From Candidatus Bathyarchaeota archaeon (GTDB lineage Archaea; Thermoproteota; Bathyarchaeia; Bathyarchaeales; Bathycorpusculaceae): DNA of 64,000 bases. A program made the position numbers and the translations under genes. Location of the stretch: positions 128,001-192,000 of the forward strand of contig CAWABA010000001.1 in assembly GCA_963780185.1 (NCBI GenBank), given 5' to 3'. Positions 30,447-40,446 of the stretch are shown one piece after another (the first letter of the stretch is position 1; every line of letters starts with the position of its first letter). The notes below the pieces were generated by a model. It had not been told where the DNA came from. It saw nothing but the letters and a program-made list of their open reading frames with translations, and made no database searches.

Positions 30447-31376
30447 TTGACAAATGTCTGCTTCAGAGGGAGAGGGGGATTCTTGAAACGTTTCGAACGA
30501 AATCCCATATTGGAGCCAATTAAAGAGAATTATTGGGAGGCTCAATCAGTTTTCAACGCTGCCGCAGTTTACGGCAACGGTTTAGTCCACATCGTTTACC
30601 GCGCGATGGGAACCGACAACATCTCAAGGCTTGGCTACGCCACATCCGTCGACGGATTCACCATCAAAGAGAGATTTAACACGCCAATTTTCAACCCAGC
30701 TAACCACGCAGAAAGCAGCGGCTGCGAAGACCCAAGGCTCACCGTAATCGGCGACGAATACTTTATGGCTTACACGGCTTACCGAAACCACGATTACCCA
30801 GCGGTCTACCAGATTTCGCTAACGTCGATAAAAACAAAAGATTTCCTTAATCGGCAATGGAACTGGAAAGAGCGGATTCTGCCGTTTCCAGGGGTACGTA
30901 ACAAAGACGCCGTGATTCTTCCAGGCAAAGTAGACGGAAAATACGTGATGTTCCACCGCATCGAACCAAGCATCTGCGTAGCTTACTCGGAAGACCTCAA
31001 GAAATGGTGGGGTTTCAAGTCGATAATGGAGCCACGCGACAAAATGTGGGATGACCAGAAAATCGGCGCCGCAGGCACACCTATCGAGCTCAACGAAGGC
31101 TACCTATTCATTTATCACGGAGTAGACCAAGCAAAGAATTACTCGCTTGGCGCCGCACTGCTTGACAAAAGCAACCCTGAAAATGTGCTTTACCGCTCAG
31201 AAAAACCAATACTGACGCCCTGCGAACGTTACGAACGCGTCGGCGATGTCCCGAACGTCGTGTTCAGCTGCGGAAACGTACAGTTAGATGACCAAGTCAT
31301 CGTCTACTACGGCGGCGCAGACAGCGTACTGTGCGCTGCAAGCTACGAACTCAACGAGTTGCTACCCAAAAAATAA
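30447..31376 (+). CDS. GH130-family glycosidase/phosphorylase (second paralog)
   Basis: Same motifs as 26713-27612 (GCEDPR, NKD, VPNVVFSCG); divergently transcribed. Confidence 0.9.
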   Translation: MTNVCFRGRGGFLKRFERNPILEPIKENYWEAQSVFNAAAVYGNGLVHIVYRAMGTDNISRLGYATSVDGFTIKERFNTPIFNPANHAESSGCEDPRLTVIGDEYFMAYTAYRNHDYPAVYQISLTSIKTKDFLNRQWNWKERILPFPGVRNKDAVILPGKVDGKYVMFHRIEPSICVAYSEDLKKWWGFKSIMEPRDKMWDDQKIGAAGTPIELNEGYLFIYHGVDQAKNYSLGAALLDKSNPENVLYRSEKPILTPCERYERVGDVPNVVFSCGNVQLDDQVIVYYGGADSVLCAASYELNELLPKK

Positions 31377-31421
31377 GGCAGCTTTTTCCAAGCCGTTTTC
31401 TTGTCGGCTGCCACTTTTTTT
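31377..31421 (+). terminator. Hairpin plus T-tract after GH130
   Basis: GGCAGC...GCTGCC followed by T7, immediately after the stop codon. Confidence 0.45.
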
Positions 31422-31587
31422 GTCTTTTCTAAGTTTATGTTGGAGTAGAATTACAGTCACATATTCTTAAATCAAGCCTCCAAAACTATGATTCTGTGAA
31501 TACGTCTAAAGACTGCCGATGATTCTTATTCTCCGTTAAAGAGCTGTCACGTGTAGAGTTAAGGAGCTAAAATCAGCAGCGAGGCTG

Positions 31588-32250
31588 TTGAATCCGTTCT
31601 TGTCAAAGGGAAAAACCAAATTAGGTGATGGTCTAGGAGGTGAAGAAGTGCCGAGGCCTTATGGGCAAGGCGACGACTCAAGTAAAAGTAAGTTTGAATT
31701 CTCGGGTGGTTCTGGCTCGATTGATATGCGTAATTTAGACGAGGAAGGCTACACTGGAGAAGCACTTGAAGACGAAACCGACGAGGAAGAAAACATGCAA
31801 CCTTCAAGTGGACCCCAATCGCCAATAGCAGGCAAAATGTCAGGCTCCAAGGAGGAACTGGATAGACTTCAAGCCTCAGAGGGAAACGACCAAGTCCGCG
31901 AATGCCTCGACGACTGCATAGAATGCTACAAAACCTGCTCTGAAACCTTAACGAAATGCCTGACGATGGGCGGAGAACACGCCAAACTTGAACACCTAAA
32001 CCTTCTAATGGACTGCGCCAAAATATGCAGCACAAACGCAGATTTCATCCTTAGAAACTCAACCTATTACCCGCAGACATGCGGCATAACAGCCGACATC
32101 TGCGATGAATGCGGCGATACATGCGACAGGTTCGATGACGATTTCATGAAGGAATGCGCCAACGTATGCAGGCGCTGTTCAGAATCCTGCCGAGAACTGG
32201 CTGAGATAATCGAGCCCTCTTCTTTCGCTTACATTTTTATGCAGTTTTAG
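31588..32250 (+). CDS. Four-helix-bundle copper storage protein (Csp3/DUF326) with an acidic N-terminal extension
   Basis: Repeated CxxxC/CxxC: CLDDCIECYKTC, CAKIC, CDECGDTC and CANVCRRCSESC. The first ~90 aa are Gly/Asp/Glu-rich. Confidence 0.8.
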   Translation: MNPFLSKGKTKLGDGLGGEEVPRPYGQGDDSSKSKFEFSGGSGSIDMRNLDEEGYTGEALEDETDEEENMQPSSGPQSPIAGKMSGSKEELDRLQASEGNDQVRECLDDCIECYKTCSETLTKCLTMGGEHAKLEHLNLLMDCAKICSTNADFILRNSTYYPQTCGITADICDECGDTCDRFDDDFMKECANVCRRCSESCRELAEIIEPSSFAYIFMQF

Positions 32251-32259
32251 GTGGTGATT

Positions 32260-32410
32260 TTGCCTTCAAGAGGCGTGGAAAACGACAAGCGAAAAAGACA
32301 ATATGAACACTCAAGGAGTCCGAGTTAAAGCGGGAGCGTCTGAAGAGGATGCGGAACGATCGCTGCGTCAACAACTAACAGGACCAGAAAAGGCGAGACA
32401 GAAAAGCTGA
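32260..32410 (+). pseudogene. Small KRxRQYEHIK...IAAxTxN family protein, disrupted by several 1-bp gaps
   Basis: After GGTGGTGA, TTG opens MPSRGVENDKRKRQYEH / KESELKR / ASEEDAER / IAASTTNRTRKGE across frames. Confidence 0.55.
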
Positions 32411-32563
32411 GGAAAGCATTTCCGCGTCGTTTTCGAGCAAATGCGAATTCTGAAAATAGCCGTTAATCGGGTAGATATGTGTTGTTTGTTGAGAAAAATT
32501 TATATTTAAATACCTGATTGTTGAACTCCGTTTATATTAAAACAATAAAAACTGGTGAAAATT

Positions 32564-34229
32564 ATGTCTCAAGGTGGAACAGTTCCAATTCTAGTCCTTA
32601 AAGAAGGAACAGGCCGAACAACAGGCCGCGAAGCGCAGAAAAACAACATCATGGCTGCAAAAATAGTGGCTGAAGCAGTGAAAAGCACGCTTGGTCCCTG
32701 TGGCATGGATAAAATGCTTGTTAACAGCATGGGTGACGTCGCGATAACTAATGACGGCGCAACCATAATGAAGGAGCTTGATATTCAGCATCCCGCAGCA
32801 AAAATGCTGGTTGAAGTTGCCAAAGCACAAGACAACGAGGTAGGCGACGGAACAACAACCGCGGTGATTTTAGCTGGAGAGTTACTTTCAAAGGCTGAAG
32901 GCTTGCTTGACAAAAACGTGCATCCGACAGTTATAATTGAAGGTTACAAGAAGGCGAGTGAGAAAGCTCAGGAAATTCTGGATTCAATAGCTATTCCAAT
33001 CTCGATAGATGATGACAAAACTCTTAGGGATATCGCAATCACGTCTTTGGCCAGCAAAGGCATCAACGTTGCTGAAGATCACTTTGCAAAAATTATCGTC
33101 GAATCAGTTAAACAGGTTTCTGAAAAAATCGAAGGCAAATACAAAGCCGACATTGACCTCATAAAAGTCGTCAAGAAACACGGTAAAAGCCTAGACGAAA
33201 CAGAACTTGTCAAAGGAATAGTCCTCGACAAGGAAGTCGCAAGCTCACAGATGCCCAAAGTAATCGACGGCGCCAAAATCGCCCTACTCGACACAAAGAT
33301 GGAGATCGAAAAAACAGAGTTCGACGCTAAAATTAACATTGAAAGTCCGAACCAAATGCAGGCTTTCCTCGACGAAGAAGAACGCATGCTCAAAGAAATG
33401 GTTACGTCAGTTACGAAATCTGGCGCAAACGTTGTTTTCTGCGAAAAAGGCATCGACGACATGGCGCTGCATTTCCTCGGCAAAGCTGGCGTCTTGGCAG
33501 TTAAAAGCGTAAGCAGCAGCGACGTAGAAAAACTAGTCCAAAGCAACAGGTGCAACAATAGTTGCAAACGTAAAAGACCTAGGTGCTGATACACTCGGTA
33601 AAGCAAAGCGTGTCGAAGAGGTCAAAATCGGCGATGACAAACTTATCTACATACGCGAATGCAAGAACCCCAAAGCAGTAACCATCGTTATCCGAGGCGC
33701 ATCCAACCACGTTATCGACGAAGCAGAACGTTCACTGCACGACGGCTTATGTGTTGTCCGCAACGCGATTGAAGACGGAAAAATCGTTGCAGGCGGAGGC
33801 GCACCCGAAGCAGAACTAGCCAAGGGTCTACGTGCATACGCAGTTAAGGTCGGCGGGCGGGAACAGCTTGCGGTTGAAGCTTACGCAGACGCGGTTGAAG
33901 CAATTCCGCTTACGTTGGCAGAGAACGCAGGGTTAGACCCCATAGACATCATGGTTGCACTGCGGGCGCAGCATGAGAAGCCAGACAGCAAATACTTCGG
34001 CATCGAAGTCTCAACAGGCAAAATCAAAAACATGCTAACCCTACTCGTCATCGAGCCACTACGCGTAAAGCAGCAAGTCATAAAATCAGCAACCGAAGCC
34101 ACAAACATGATACTCAAAATCGACGACCTAATCAGCATAAAAGGCGGCGGAAAAATGCCTCCGATGCCTCCAGGCGGAATGGGCGGCGGCATGGGTGGCA
34201 TGGCTGGCATGGGCGGAATGCCCTACTAA
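32564..34229 (+). CDS. Thermosome (group II chaperonin) subunit (frameshift near 33540)
   Basis: [38 protein letters not shown] and a GGM-repeat tail. Confidence 0.95.
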
Positions 34230-34361
34230 GGAGCCCAACCTTCTTCTTTCTTTAATTTTTAAGACAATTTTTCCAATGAGTTTCGATCTTTTTCCTTTCT
34301 TAAACTGTAAACTTATATTCAAAACGGCTAGACATTATTCCTTATCTCGGAGACTCGCACA

Positions 34362-35087
34362 TTGAAGCACGTTAAGATTACAGCATTCGATTGTCCCGAT
34401 GCATGGTTCAAAGCCTTAACCAGCATTTGGACTGAGGGTGACGATTTTCAAGTTGGCTACGGCTCAGAAGAAACCCTCACGAAGAAACTTAATTTGACTT
34501 TGGAAATCACCCATCCTGAGAACCGCCCTCTGGTCAGCGACAAAGCACCGTGCGACATGAAGTATGTGCAGTGGTACGCTTTGAGGTACTTGTGGTGCGG
34601 CGAAGGCAAAGAGGATGAAACATACACGTACGGCAGCAGGCTTCGGGATCCCGTTGACCAAGTTGAAGAAGCCATCAACCGGTACGCCAAAGAGCAACGG
34701 GACAGGCAAATAACGATGGTTGTGAGGTTACCTGAAGACATCAGACTTTTCCGTCCCGGCACAACCGAACGCCACGAACCCCCATGCCTAAGCCTAATCG
34801 ACACAGAAATCCTTGAGGGAAAAATGCATTTGACATGTTACTTCCGCAGCTGGGATGCCTACGGCGGATTGCCCGCAAACATCGCTGGAATCCAGCTGTT
34901 CAACGAGGCTTTCGTGGAGGAAATCAACGAGCGCGGCAATCTTTCTCTGAAAACGGGAAAACTGATTTTCCACTCCAAAAACTGCCACATCTACAAACGC
35001 CAGTTCAACCTTGTCCAGGAACTGTTGGAGCCTAAAGACAAGCTTAGCCGAATGGCAAAAGCAATGGTTAAGGAAAAAGAGGAATAA
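34362..35087 (+). CDS. thyA: Thymidylate synthase, archaeal ThyA-like
   Basis: YTYGSRL, PPCL (catalytic Cys), FRSWD..G.PAN and HIY. Confidence 0.85.
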   Translation: MKHVKITAFDCPDAWFKALTSIWTEGDDFQVGYGSEETLTKKLNLTLEITHPENRPLVSDKAPCDMKYVQWYALRYLWCGEGKEDETYTYGSRLRDPVDQVEEAINRYAKEQRDRQITMVVRLPEDIRLFRPGTTERHEPPCLSLIDTEILEGKMHLTCYFRSWDAYGGLPANIAGIQLFNEAFVEEINERGNLSLKTGKLIFHSKNCHIYKRQFNLVQELLEPKDKLSRMAKAMVKEKEE

Positions 35088-35103
35088 ATTGGCGCAAGCA
35101 GGT

Positions 35104-35202
35104 TTAACCTTTCTTGATCGGGCAGCCAAGGTTTGTCCACGCAGTCATCCTGTCTAGGACATTGCTGACGTTTTTGAAGCCTCTACTGCTGCCAGTCCAG
35201 CA
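35104..35202 (-). pseudogene. Rhodanese-domain C-terminal relic
   Basis: Reads AGLAA / RGFKNVSNVLDRMTAWTNLGCPIKKG*, resembling the rhodanese end GFxNVxxLxGGMxAWxxxGxP. Confidence 0.6.
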
Positions 35203-35337
35203 GGCGCTTTTCGCCCTGAAGCTTCTGGATGTCAGATAAAGAAATCATTTTAGGGATTTATCTATTTCCGACATCAAAAATTCAAAATTAGTTAACGGAT
35301 AAAATAATCCGTCACAGAATGGATGTGTTAAGCTTAG

Positions 35338-36186
35338 TTATCGGCTATTTAGTTTTTTGTCCCACCATATCAGCGCATGTTTGGCTGGCTTTTCGTTTTT
35401 GAAGCTGAAAGTACCTTTTTTAGATTCTTTGAGTGTTTCCTCCAGGTATTTCCGTAATTTGGTTTTTTCTTCTTCGTTGAGTTCTTCGTTCATGCCCCTT
35501 CTTTCGAACCGTTTGCTTAGTTCAGTTAATGCTTCGTCAACACTCTTGTAGGGTATTGCGTTTGCTTCGGTTTCGAAGATTTCTATGTTTGCCCGAATTC
35601 CCATCTGGTAGAGCAGATTGTAGATAACTATGTACGTGCGTGTTTCGCCGTATGGTCTACCTATAGCCTTGTACATGTCTATGTCAAACGTTCTATCGTT
35701 TGCTCCCCACACCACGTACGCTCGTTTCTTGGCAGCTTCATCCATATTTTTTAGAAACTTCTCCAAGTTGTATTCCCACCCCATTGAGCGGGAAGCAACA
35801 ACGATGTCATGCTTCTTCACGTCCTTTCCAATGACCGCTTTCTCAAAAGGCATGTTTATGCATGAAATGTTGTGAACCTTCTTTAGTTCAGCATTTTGTT
35901 TCAGGTACCTGAGCATCTCGCTTGAAACGTCGAGCCCGGTGAGGTGTTTGCATTTTTTCGCCATCGGTATTGCTAATAAACCTGGTCCGCAGCCGACATC
36001 TAAAATTGTATAGTTCGGCTTGATTTTGATTCTTTTGACGACTTGTTTACCGTAGTCGCCTGCGTTCTCTTTGTTCCATCGAGGGGCTGCGCGGTTCCAA
36101 CTTGTTGCTTTGTCTGCTCGTCCAGCGAAAAAGATTATGCCGTCACGCCAAATTGCGCTCCAATCGGTTTGATTTATTTCCGTCAT
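35338..36186 (-). CDS. Class I SAM-dependent methyltransferase
   Basis: ILDVGCGPG, GLDVSSEML and DIVVASRS. Confidence 0.9.
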   Translation of the reverse strand: MTEINQTDWSAIWRDGIIFFAGRADKATSWNRAAPRWNKENAGDYGKQVVKRIKIKPNYTILDVGCGPGLLAIPMAKKCKHLTGLDVSSEMLRYLKQNAELKKVHNISCINMPFEKAVIGKDVKKHDIVVASRSMGWEYNLEKFLKNMDEAAKKRAYVVWGANDRTFDIDMYKAIGRPYGETRTYIVIYNLLYQMGIRANIEIFETEANAIPYKSVDEALTELSKRFERRGMNEELNEEEKTKLRKYLEETLKESKKGTFSFKNEKPAKHALIWWDKKLNSR

Positions 36187-36328
36187 TGTTTTCCTTCCTG
36201 TGCTCGCCGAATTCTGGTGTAGTTTTTCGCTTTGTTTTTTGGCATCCTTTGTGATGTTTTCATTCTCGAGTTCGCTGGCGCAAGCTTTTTAAATATGCGA
36301 TATGCATGTCCGAACATAACGGAGATTA

Positions 36329-37798
36329 GTGCAATTGAAAAATAAAAATGTTTACTTGACAATCGGAATAATCGTAATCCTAGTAGTTTCAATAGTAGCT
36401 TACATTCATCTCTCAAACACAACTAACAACGTAGCATCACCTTCTGCAACTCTTACACCTTCACCAAAGCCGACCACAACCGCAACCGCCACACCTACTT
36501 CAACTGCTTCACCCAGCTCAACTCAAACATCGGCAACAACAACTCCGACATCAACAGCGGCATCTGATGTTTCCGTCACTTTCACGGCGTCGGGTTTGGA
36601 TAGCTCAGCAACCAGCACGGTAGTAATAACCCCTCAGGGCAATGTAACTTATTCTCAGTTGCCTTTCACAATGTCGGTTGCTTCTGGAACAGACGTTTCT
36701 TTCTCCTTCCAGTCCAACGTGACCACCACGGTTGCAGACTGCTTATTCACGTTATCTAACAGTCCAAGCTTCAGTTCCACCGTCGTGACTGCTCCAACAA
36801 CACTAAGCGCCACCTATGGAAGAGCAATTATAGATTACAGCGGGACCATTGTGCAATTGCCTGCAGCATCGCAAATCAACCGAATAGCAGACTCATGGGC
36901 AGCCCACAACACCATCTTGGTCATGTGCGGAGCAGGAAACAAAATTGTAGCCACCACCCCAACGGACACCACAATTACCATGTTCAACTATATTCTACCC
37001 GGCATGTCAACGATGTCAGCTCCCTTCGACAGTTCAGGCAACCCCAATATTGAACAACTTCTTGCAGACAACCCCAACATAGTCTTCATGTCCTACAGTG
37101 CCAGTTCCACCGCGGCGTACCAATCCATGGTAAGCGCTGGCTTGTGTGTGGTCAGATTGTACTTCGCGACTTTCCCAAATATGCTCACTACAGTTCAGCA
37201 AACCGGGTGGATTCTAGGCCCCACTGCGCTGGTCAAAGCAAATGCTTACATATCGTACTTCAACGGTGTCCTCAGTAACACCACCGCGGTTACGTCTCAA
37301 ATTCCACAGAGCCAAAAAGTCACAGTGATGCATATCAGCGGCACAAGTCCACTCTACGTCGACGGAGCCAACAGCCTCATTGATACATGGATAACCACGT
37401 GCGGAGGAATCAACGCTGCATCGTCAGTCAGCGGTAACATGCAACAGGTAACCCTTGAACAAGAGCTTTCATGGAATCCACAAGTAATCTTGATCGGATC
37501 AGCCGCTGCCACTACGATACAAAGCCAAATTTTGGGTAATTCACAATATAGCCAAGTGAGCGCTGTGGTTAACGGGAAAGTCAGCGTTAATCCGATGGGC
37601 GTTTTTGATTGGAGCCGCTACAGCGTAGAAGAAGCACTTAACCTTCAATGGGTCGCCAAGACACTGTACCCTAACCTGTTCACCAACATCGACATAGCAG
37701 CGCAAACCAAATACTTCTACCAGACATTCTACGGATACACACTTTCCGACGCCCAAGTAACCGCGATCTTGAACAACACAACTCCACCCCCAACATAA
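36329..37798 (+). CDS. ABC substrate-binding protein (Fe-siderophore/B12 class) with Ser/Thr stalk
   Basis: N-terminal TM, Thr/Ser/Pro linker, PNIEQLLADNPNIV, VTLEQ..SWNPQVI, WVAK.LYP and FY..FYG. Confidence 0.85.
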   Translation: MQLKNKNVYLTIGIIVILVVSIVAYIHLSNTTNNVASPSATLTPSPKPTTTATATPTSTASPSSTQTSATTTPTSTAASDVSVTFTASGLDSSATSTVVITPQGNVTYSQLPFTMSVASGTDVSFSFQSNVTTTVADCLFTLSNSPSFSSTVVTAPTTLSATYGRAIIDYSGTIVQLPAASQINRIADSWAAHNTILVMCGAGNKIVATTPTDTTITMFNYILPGMSTMSAPFDSSGNPNIEQLLADNPNIVFMSYSASSTAAYQSMVSAGLCVVRLYFATFPNMLTTVQQTGWILGPTALVKANAYISYFNGVLSNTTAVTSQIPQSQKVTVMHISGTSPLYVDGANSLIDTWITTCGGINAASSVSGNMQQVTLEQELSWNPQVILIGSAAATTIQSQILGNSQYSQVSAVVNGKVSVNPMGVFDWSRYSVEEALNLQWVAKTLYPNLFTNIDIAAQTKYFYQTFYGYTLSDAQVTAILNNTTPPPT

Positions 37799-37832
37799 AC
37801 AACCTTGGCTAAAGAAAAAAGGCTGAAACCCC

Positions 37833-38888
37833 ATGACCGAGGCAAATGACAAGAAACGCAGAATACTTTCAAGCGATAAATTCAAAGGCGCTCTCTTGCT
37901 CATTTGCACGGTACTTGTTTTTATAATATCCTTAGGCTTAGGAAGATACAACGTTCCAGTACCTGACTTAATTAAAATCTTGTTTTCAACATTCTTGAAA
38001 ATCCATCAAGATTGGTCATCCACAATGACAACTGTCGTATTAAACGTTAGACTGCCACGTTTGATAATGGTTGCTTTGGTGGGGGCCGCTCTGGCAATTT
38101 CAGGAGCTTCTTTCCAAGCCGTCCTGAAGAATCCGCTGGTTTCCTCCGACATACTGGGCGTATCGGCTGGGGCTGGTTTTGGTGCGGCAGTCGGTATTTA
38201 CTTTAATCTGAACATAATTTCGGTGCAGGTTCTTGCGATAACCGTAGGAATGGGCGCGGTCGGAATGGCTTATGCCATTTACACTTTAACGAAAAAGTCA
38301 TCCACCCTAATTCTCGTTCTATCCGGCATAATCATCGCCTCGTTTTTTTCCGCATTGGTTTCTCTGATGAAGTTTCTCGCAAATCAAAGCGCTGCCAACA
38401 ACGCCTCTTTCACGGCTATCGTCTTCTGGCTCTTAGGAAGTTTTTCGAACGCTGGCACATACGCAAACGTCATCCAGTTTGTACCGCCAATCATAATCGG
38501 CATAGCTGTCCTTTTGCTGCTGAGATGGCGGATTAACGTTCTTTCGCTAGAAGACACTGAAGCCAAGGCCTTAGGGGTCAACGTCAAAAGAGATCAAGGC
38601 ATCGTCATATTTTTTGCCACTCTTATAACAGCCTCGGCAGTGAGCGTGGCTGGTCTAGTGGGTTGGGTCGGATTGTTTGTGCCGCATATAGCAAGAATGT
38701 TGGTTGGATCCAACAACAGCAAAGTCTTACCTGTCTCAATATTGATAGGCATATCTTTTATGATAGCAATAGACGACATCGCCCGAACCCTCACACCCTA
38801 CGAAATCCCCATCGGTATTCTCACAGCGATAATTGGGCTTCCAATATTCGCCTACTTACTAGTACGTCAAAAGGTGGGCTGGTCATGA
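37833..38888 (+). CDS. FecCD/BtuC-family permease
   Basis: VRLPR, FQAVLKNPLVS..ILGVS.GA, A.ALGV and GWVGL.VPH. Confidence 0.95.
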   Translation: MTEANDKKRRILSSDKFKGALLLICTVLVFIISLGLGRYNVPVPDLIKILFSTFLKIHQDWSSTMTTVVLNVRLPRLIMVALVGAALAISGASFQAVLKNPLVSSDILGVSAGAGFGAAVGIYFNLNIISVQVLAITVGMGAVGMAYAIYTLTKKSSTLILVLSGIIIASFFSALVSLMKFLANQSAANNASFTAIVFWLLGSFSNAGTYANVIQFVPPIIIGIAVLLLLRWRINVLSLEDTEAKALGVNVKRDQGIVIFFATLITASAVSVAGLVGWVGLFVPHIARMLVGSNNSKVLPVSILIGISFMIAIDDIARTLTPYEIPIGILTAIIGLPIFAYLLVRQKVGWS

Positions 38889-39739
38889 AACTTGAAGTTA
38901 AAAACGCAACTTTTTCCTACAAAAAAGGCCACCCCATTTTCAAAGACATATCATTCACTCTGAAACAAGGCGAAATCTTTTGTCTTCTAGGCCCAAACGG
39001 CGCTGGCAAATCAACACTGCTAAACTGCCTCGGAAATCTGTTCGATTTGGAAGCTGGCACGATAAGTTTCGACGGCAAAGAAATTTCATCTATGAGCCGA
39101 GTGGAAATTGCAAAAAGGATTGGTTACATCCCTCAGTTTCATAATCCGGTTTTTCCTTACTTGGTTTTTGATTTTGTTTTAATGGGTCGAACTCCGTATA
39201 TCGGTGTGTTTTCTTCTCCCAAAGAGGCAGACTTGACTTTAACAAAAAAAGCTATCGAAGCGGTGGGGATTTCTCACCTGTCTCAAAAACATTATAACGA
39301 AATAAGCGGAGGAGAAAGACAGCTTGTCATGTTTGCGAAGGTGCTCGCGCAAGAACCAGACATCATCCTTCTTGACGAGCCGACTTCACATCTGGACTTT
39401 GCAAACCAGATGAAGATTCTTAGCCTGGTCGAAAACTTGGCGAAAAGTGGGTTTTCAATCATAATGACTTCCCACTTTCCTGATAATGCCTTTTTGATTT
39501 CGACTAAAGTGGGTCTCTTGAAAGGGCAATCATTTATCGACATGGGTCCAGCCAACCAAACTATCACTGAAGAAAATATGAAACGAGCGTTCGGCATGGA
39601 TGTAAAGATTGTATTCATAGAACAAGCAAATCGAAGCATATGCATCCCGCTCAAGAATCCTTCCGCCACCACAACCTTTGGGTTCTCCAAGCAGAATGAC
39701 CCTAATTCCATTGACTCTTCAAACATAAAAAACTCATAG
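38885..39739 (+). CDS. FecE/BtuD-family ABC ATPase
   Basis: GPNGAGKST, ISGGERQ, LDEPTSHLD and TSH. ATG overlaps the permease stop. Confidence 0.95.
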   Translation: MKLEVKNATFSYKKGHPIFKDISFTLKQGEIFCLLGPNGAGKSTLLNCLGNLFDLEAGTISFDGKEISSMSRVEIAKRIGYIPQFHNPVFPYLVFDFVLMGRTPYIGVFSSPKEADLTLTKKAIEAVGISHLSQKHYNEISGGERQLVMFAKVLAQEPDIILLDEPTSHLDFANQMKILSLVENLAKSGFSIIMTSHFPDNAFLISTKVGLLKGQSFIDMGPANQTITEENMKRAFGMDVKIVFIEQANRSICIPLKNPSATTTFGFSKQNDPNSIDSSNIKNS

Positions 39740-39850
39740 AAAAAAGCACGAGGCAACAACCTTTCTGTTTAAGATCATAAACTGTAAGCTTACCTGAAGG
39801 ATAATAACATTTTATAGTTTCAGGTTAACAATACAATTTAGGGAAAAATT

Positions 39851-40375
39851 ATGGGCTACGTCTCCAGATGGAAGATTCTAGAGGATTTGATGCTGGGGCT
39901 TCACAAGAAAGGCTTCGCGACTCCTCCGAACGTCATTAACGATTTAAGAAGCGCAAAATTGATGATTAAAATCGCTGAGGCAGGCGAAAGCCAAGGTGAT
40001 GCAGCTTTGAAGCTGGAAGAGATTCTTGGCAGCGTCGAATCAGAGCTTATCAACGGAGCACAAACCATCCTGAGCCCGCAAGAAGTTGACGAGTGGCTCA
40101 AACGCCTAGACGAAGCCAGCTTGCCAACCTGCGAAATAAAAAGCGAAACTGAAACCACCCTGATAACGGGCGTTCCCAGAGACCAGAAGTGGATAAGAGT
40201 CGAACCCATACCGAACCTGCCTGCAGAAAAACTCACAGTCATCGCCAAAGAAAACAGCCTTTCAGTCAAGCAGCAAAAAGACGGACGCCTCGTGGTTTAC
40301 GGTCAACAGGACAGCATCAAGGCGTTTTTGAAGAAAATGGCGGAAGCGGCACAGCCAAAAAAACAAACCCCATAG
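39851..40375 (+). CDS. DUF2096-like archaeal protein
   Basis: W.IL.DL...L, DLR.AK..I and GVPRD..WIRV pattern. Confidence 0.65.
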   Translation: MGYVSRWKILEDLMLGLHKKGFATPPNVINDLRSAKLMIKIAEAGESQGDAALKLEEILGSVESELINGAQTILSPQEVDEWLKRLDEASLPTCEIKSETETTLITGVPRDQKWIRVEPIPNLPAEKLTVIAKENSLSVKQQKDGRLVVYGQQDSIKAFLKKMAEAAQPKKQTP

Positions 40376-40446
40376 CTAATCAGCCCTTAATTGGCGGTTT
40401 TTGTTTCGATATGTTTTTTACGTAAAGTCCGCTACTGTGGATACGC

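Noticed and set aside
34150-34229. GGM tandem repeats
   Set aside because: Ordinary chaperonin C-terminal tail.
36420-36570. Thr/Ser/Pro low-complexity repeat
   Set aside because: Typical linker of archaeal surface proteins, not a DNA repeat element.
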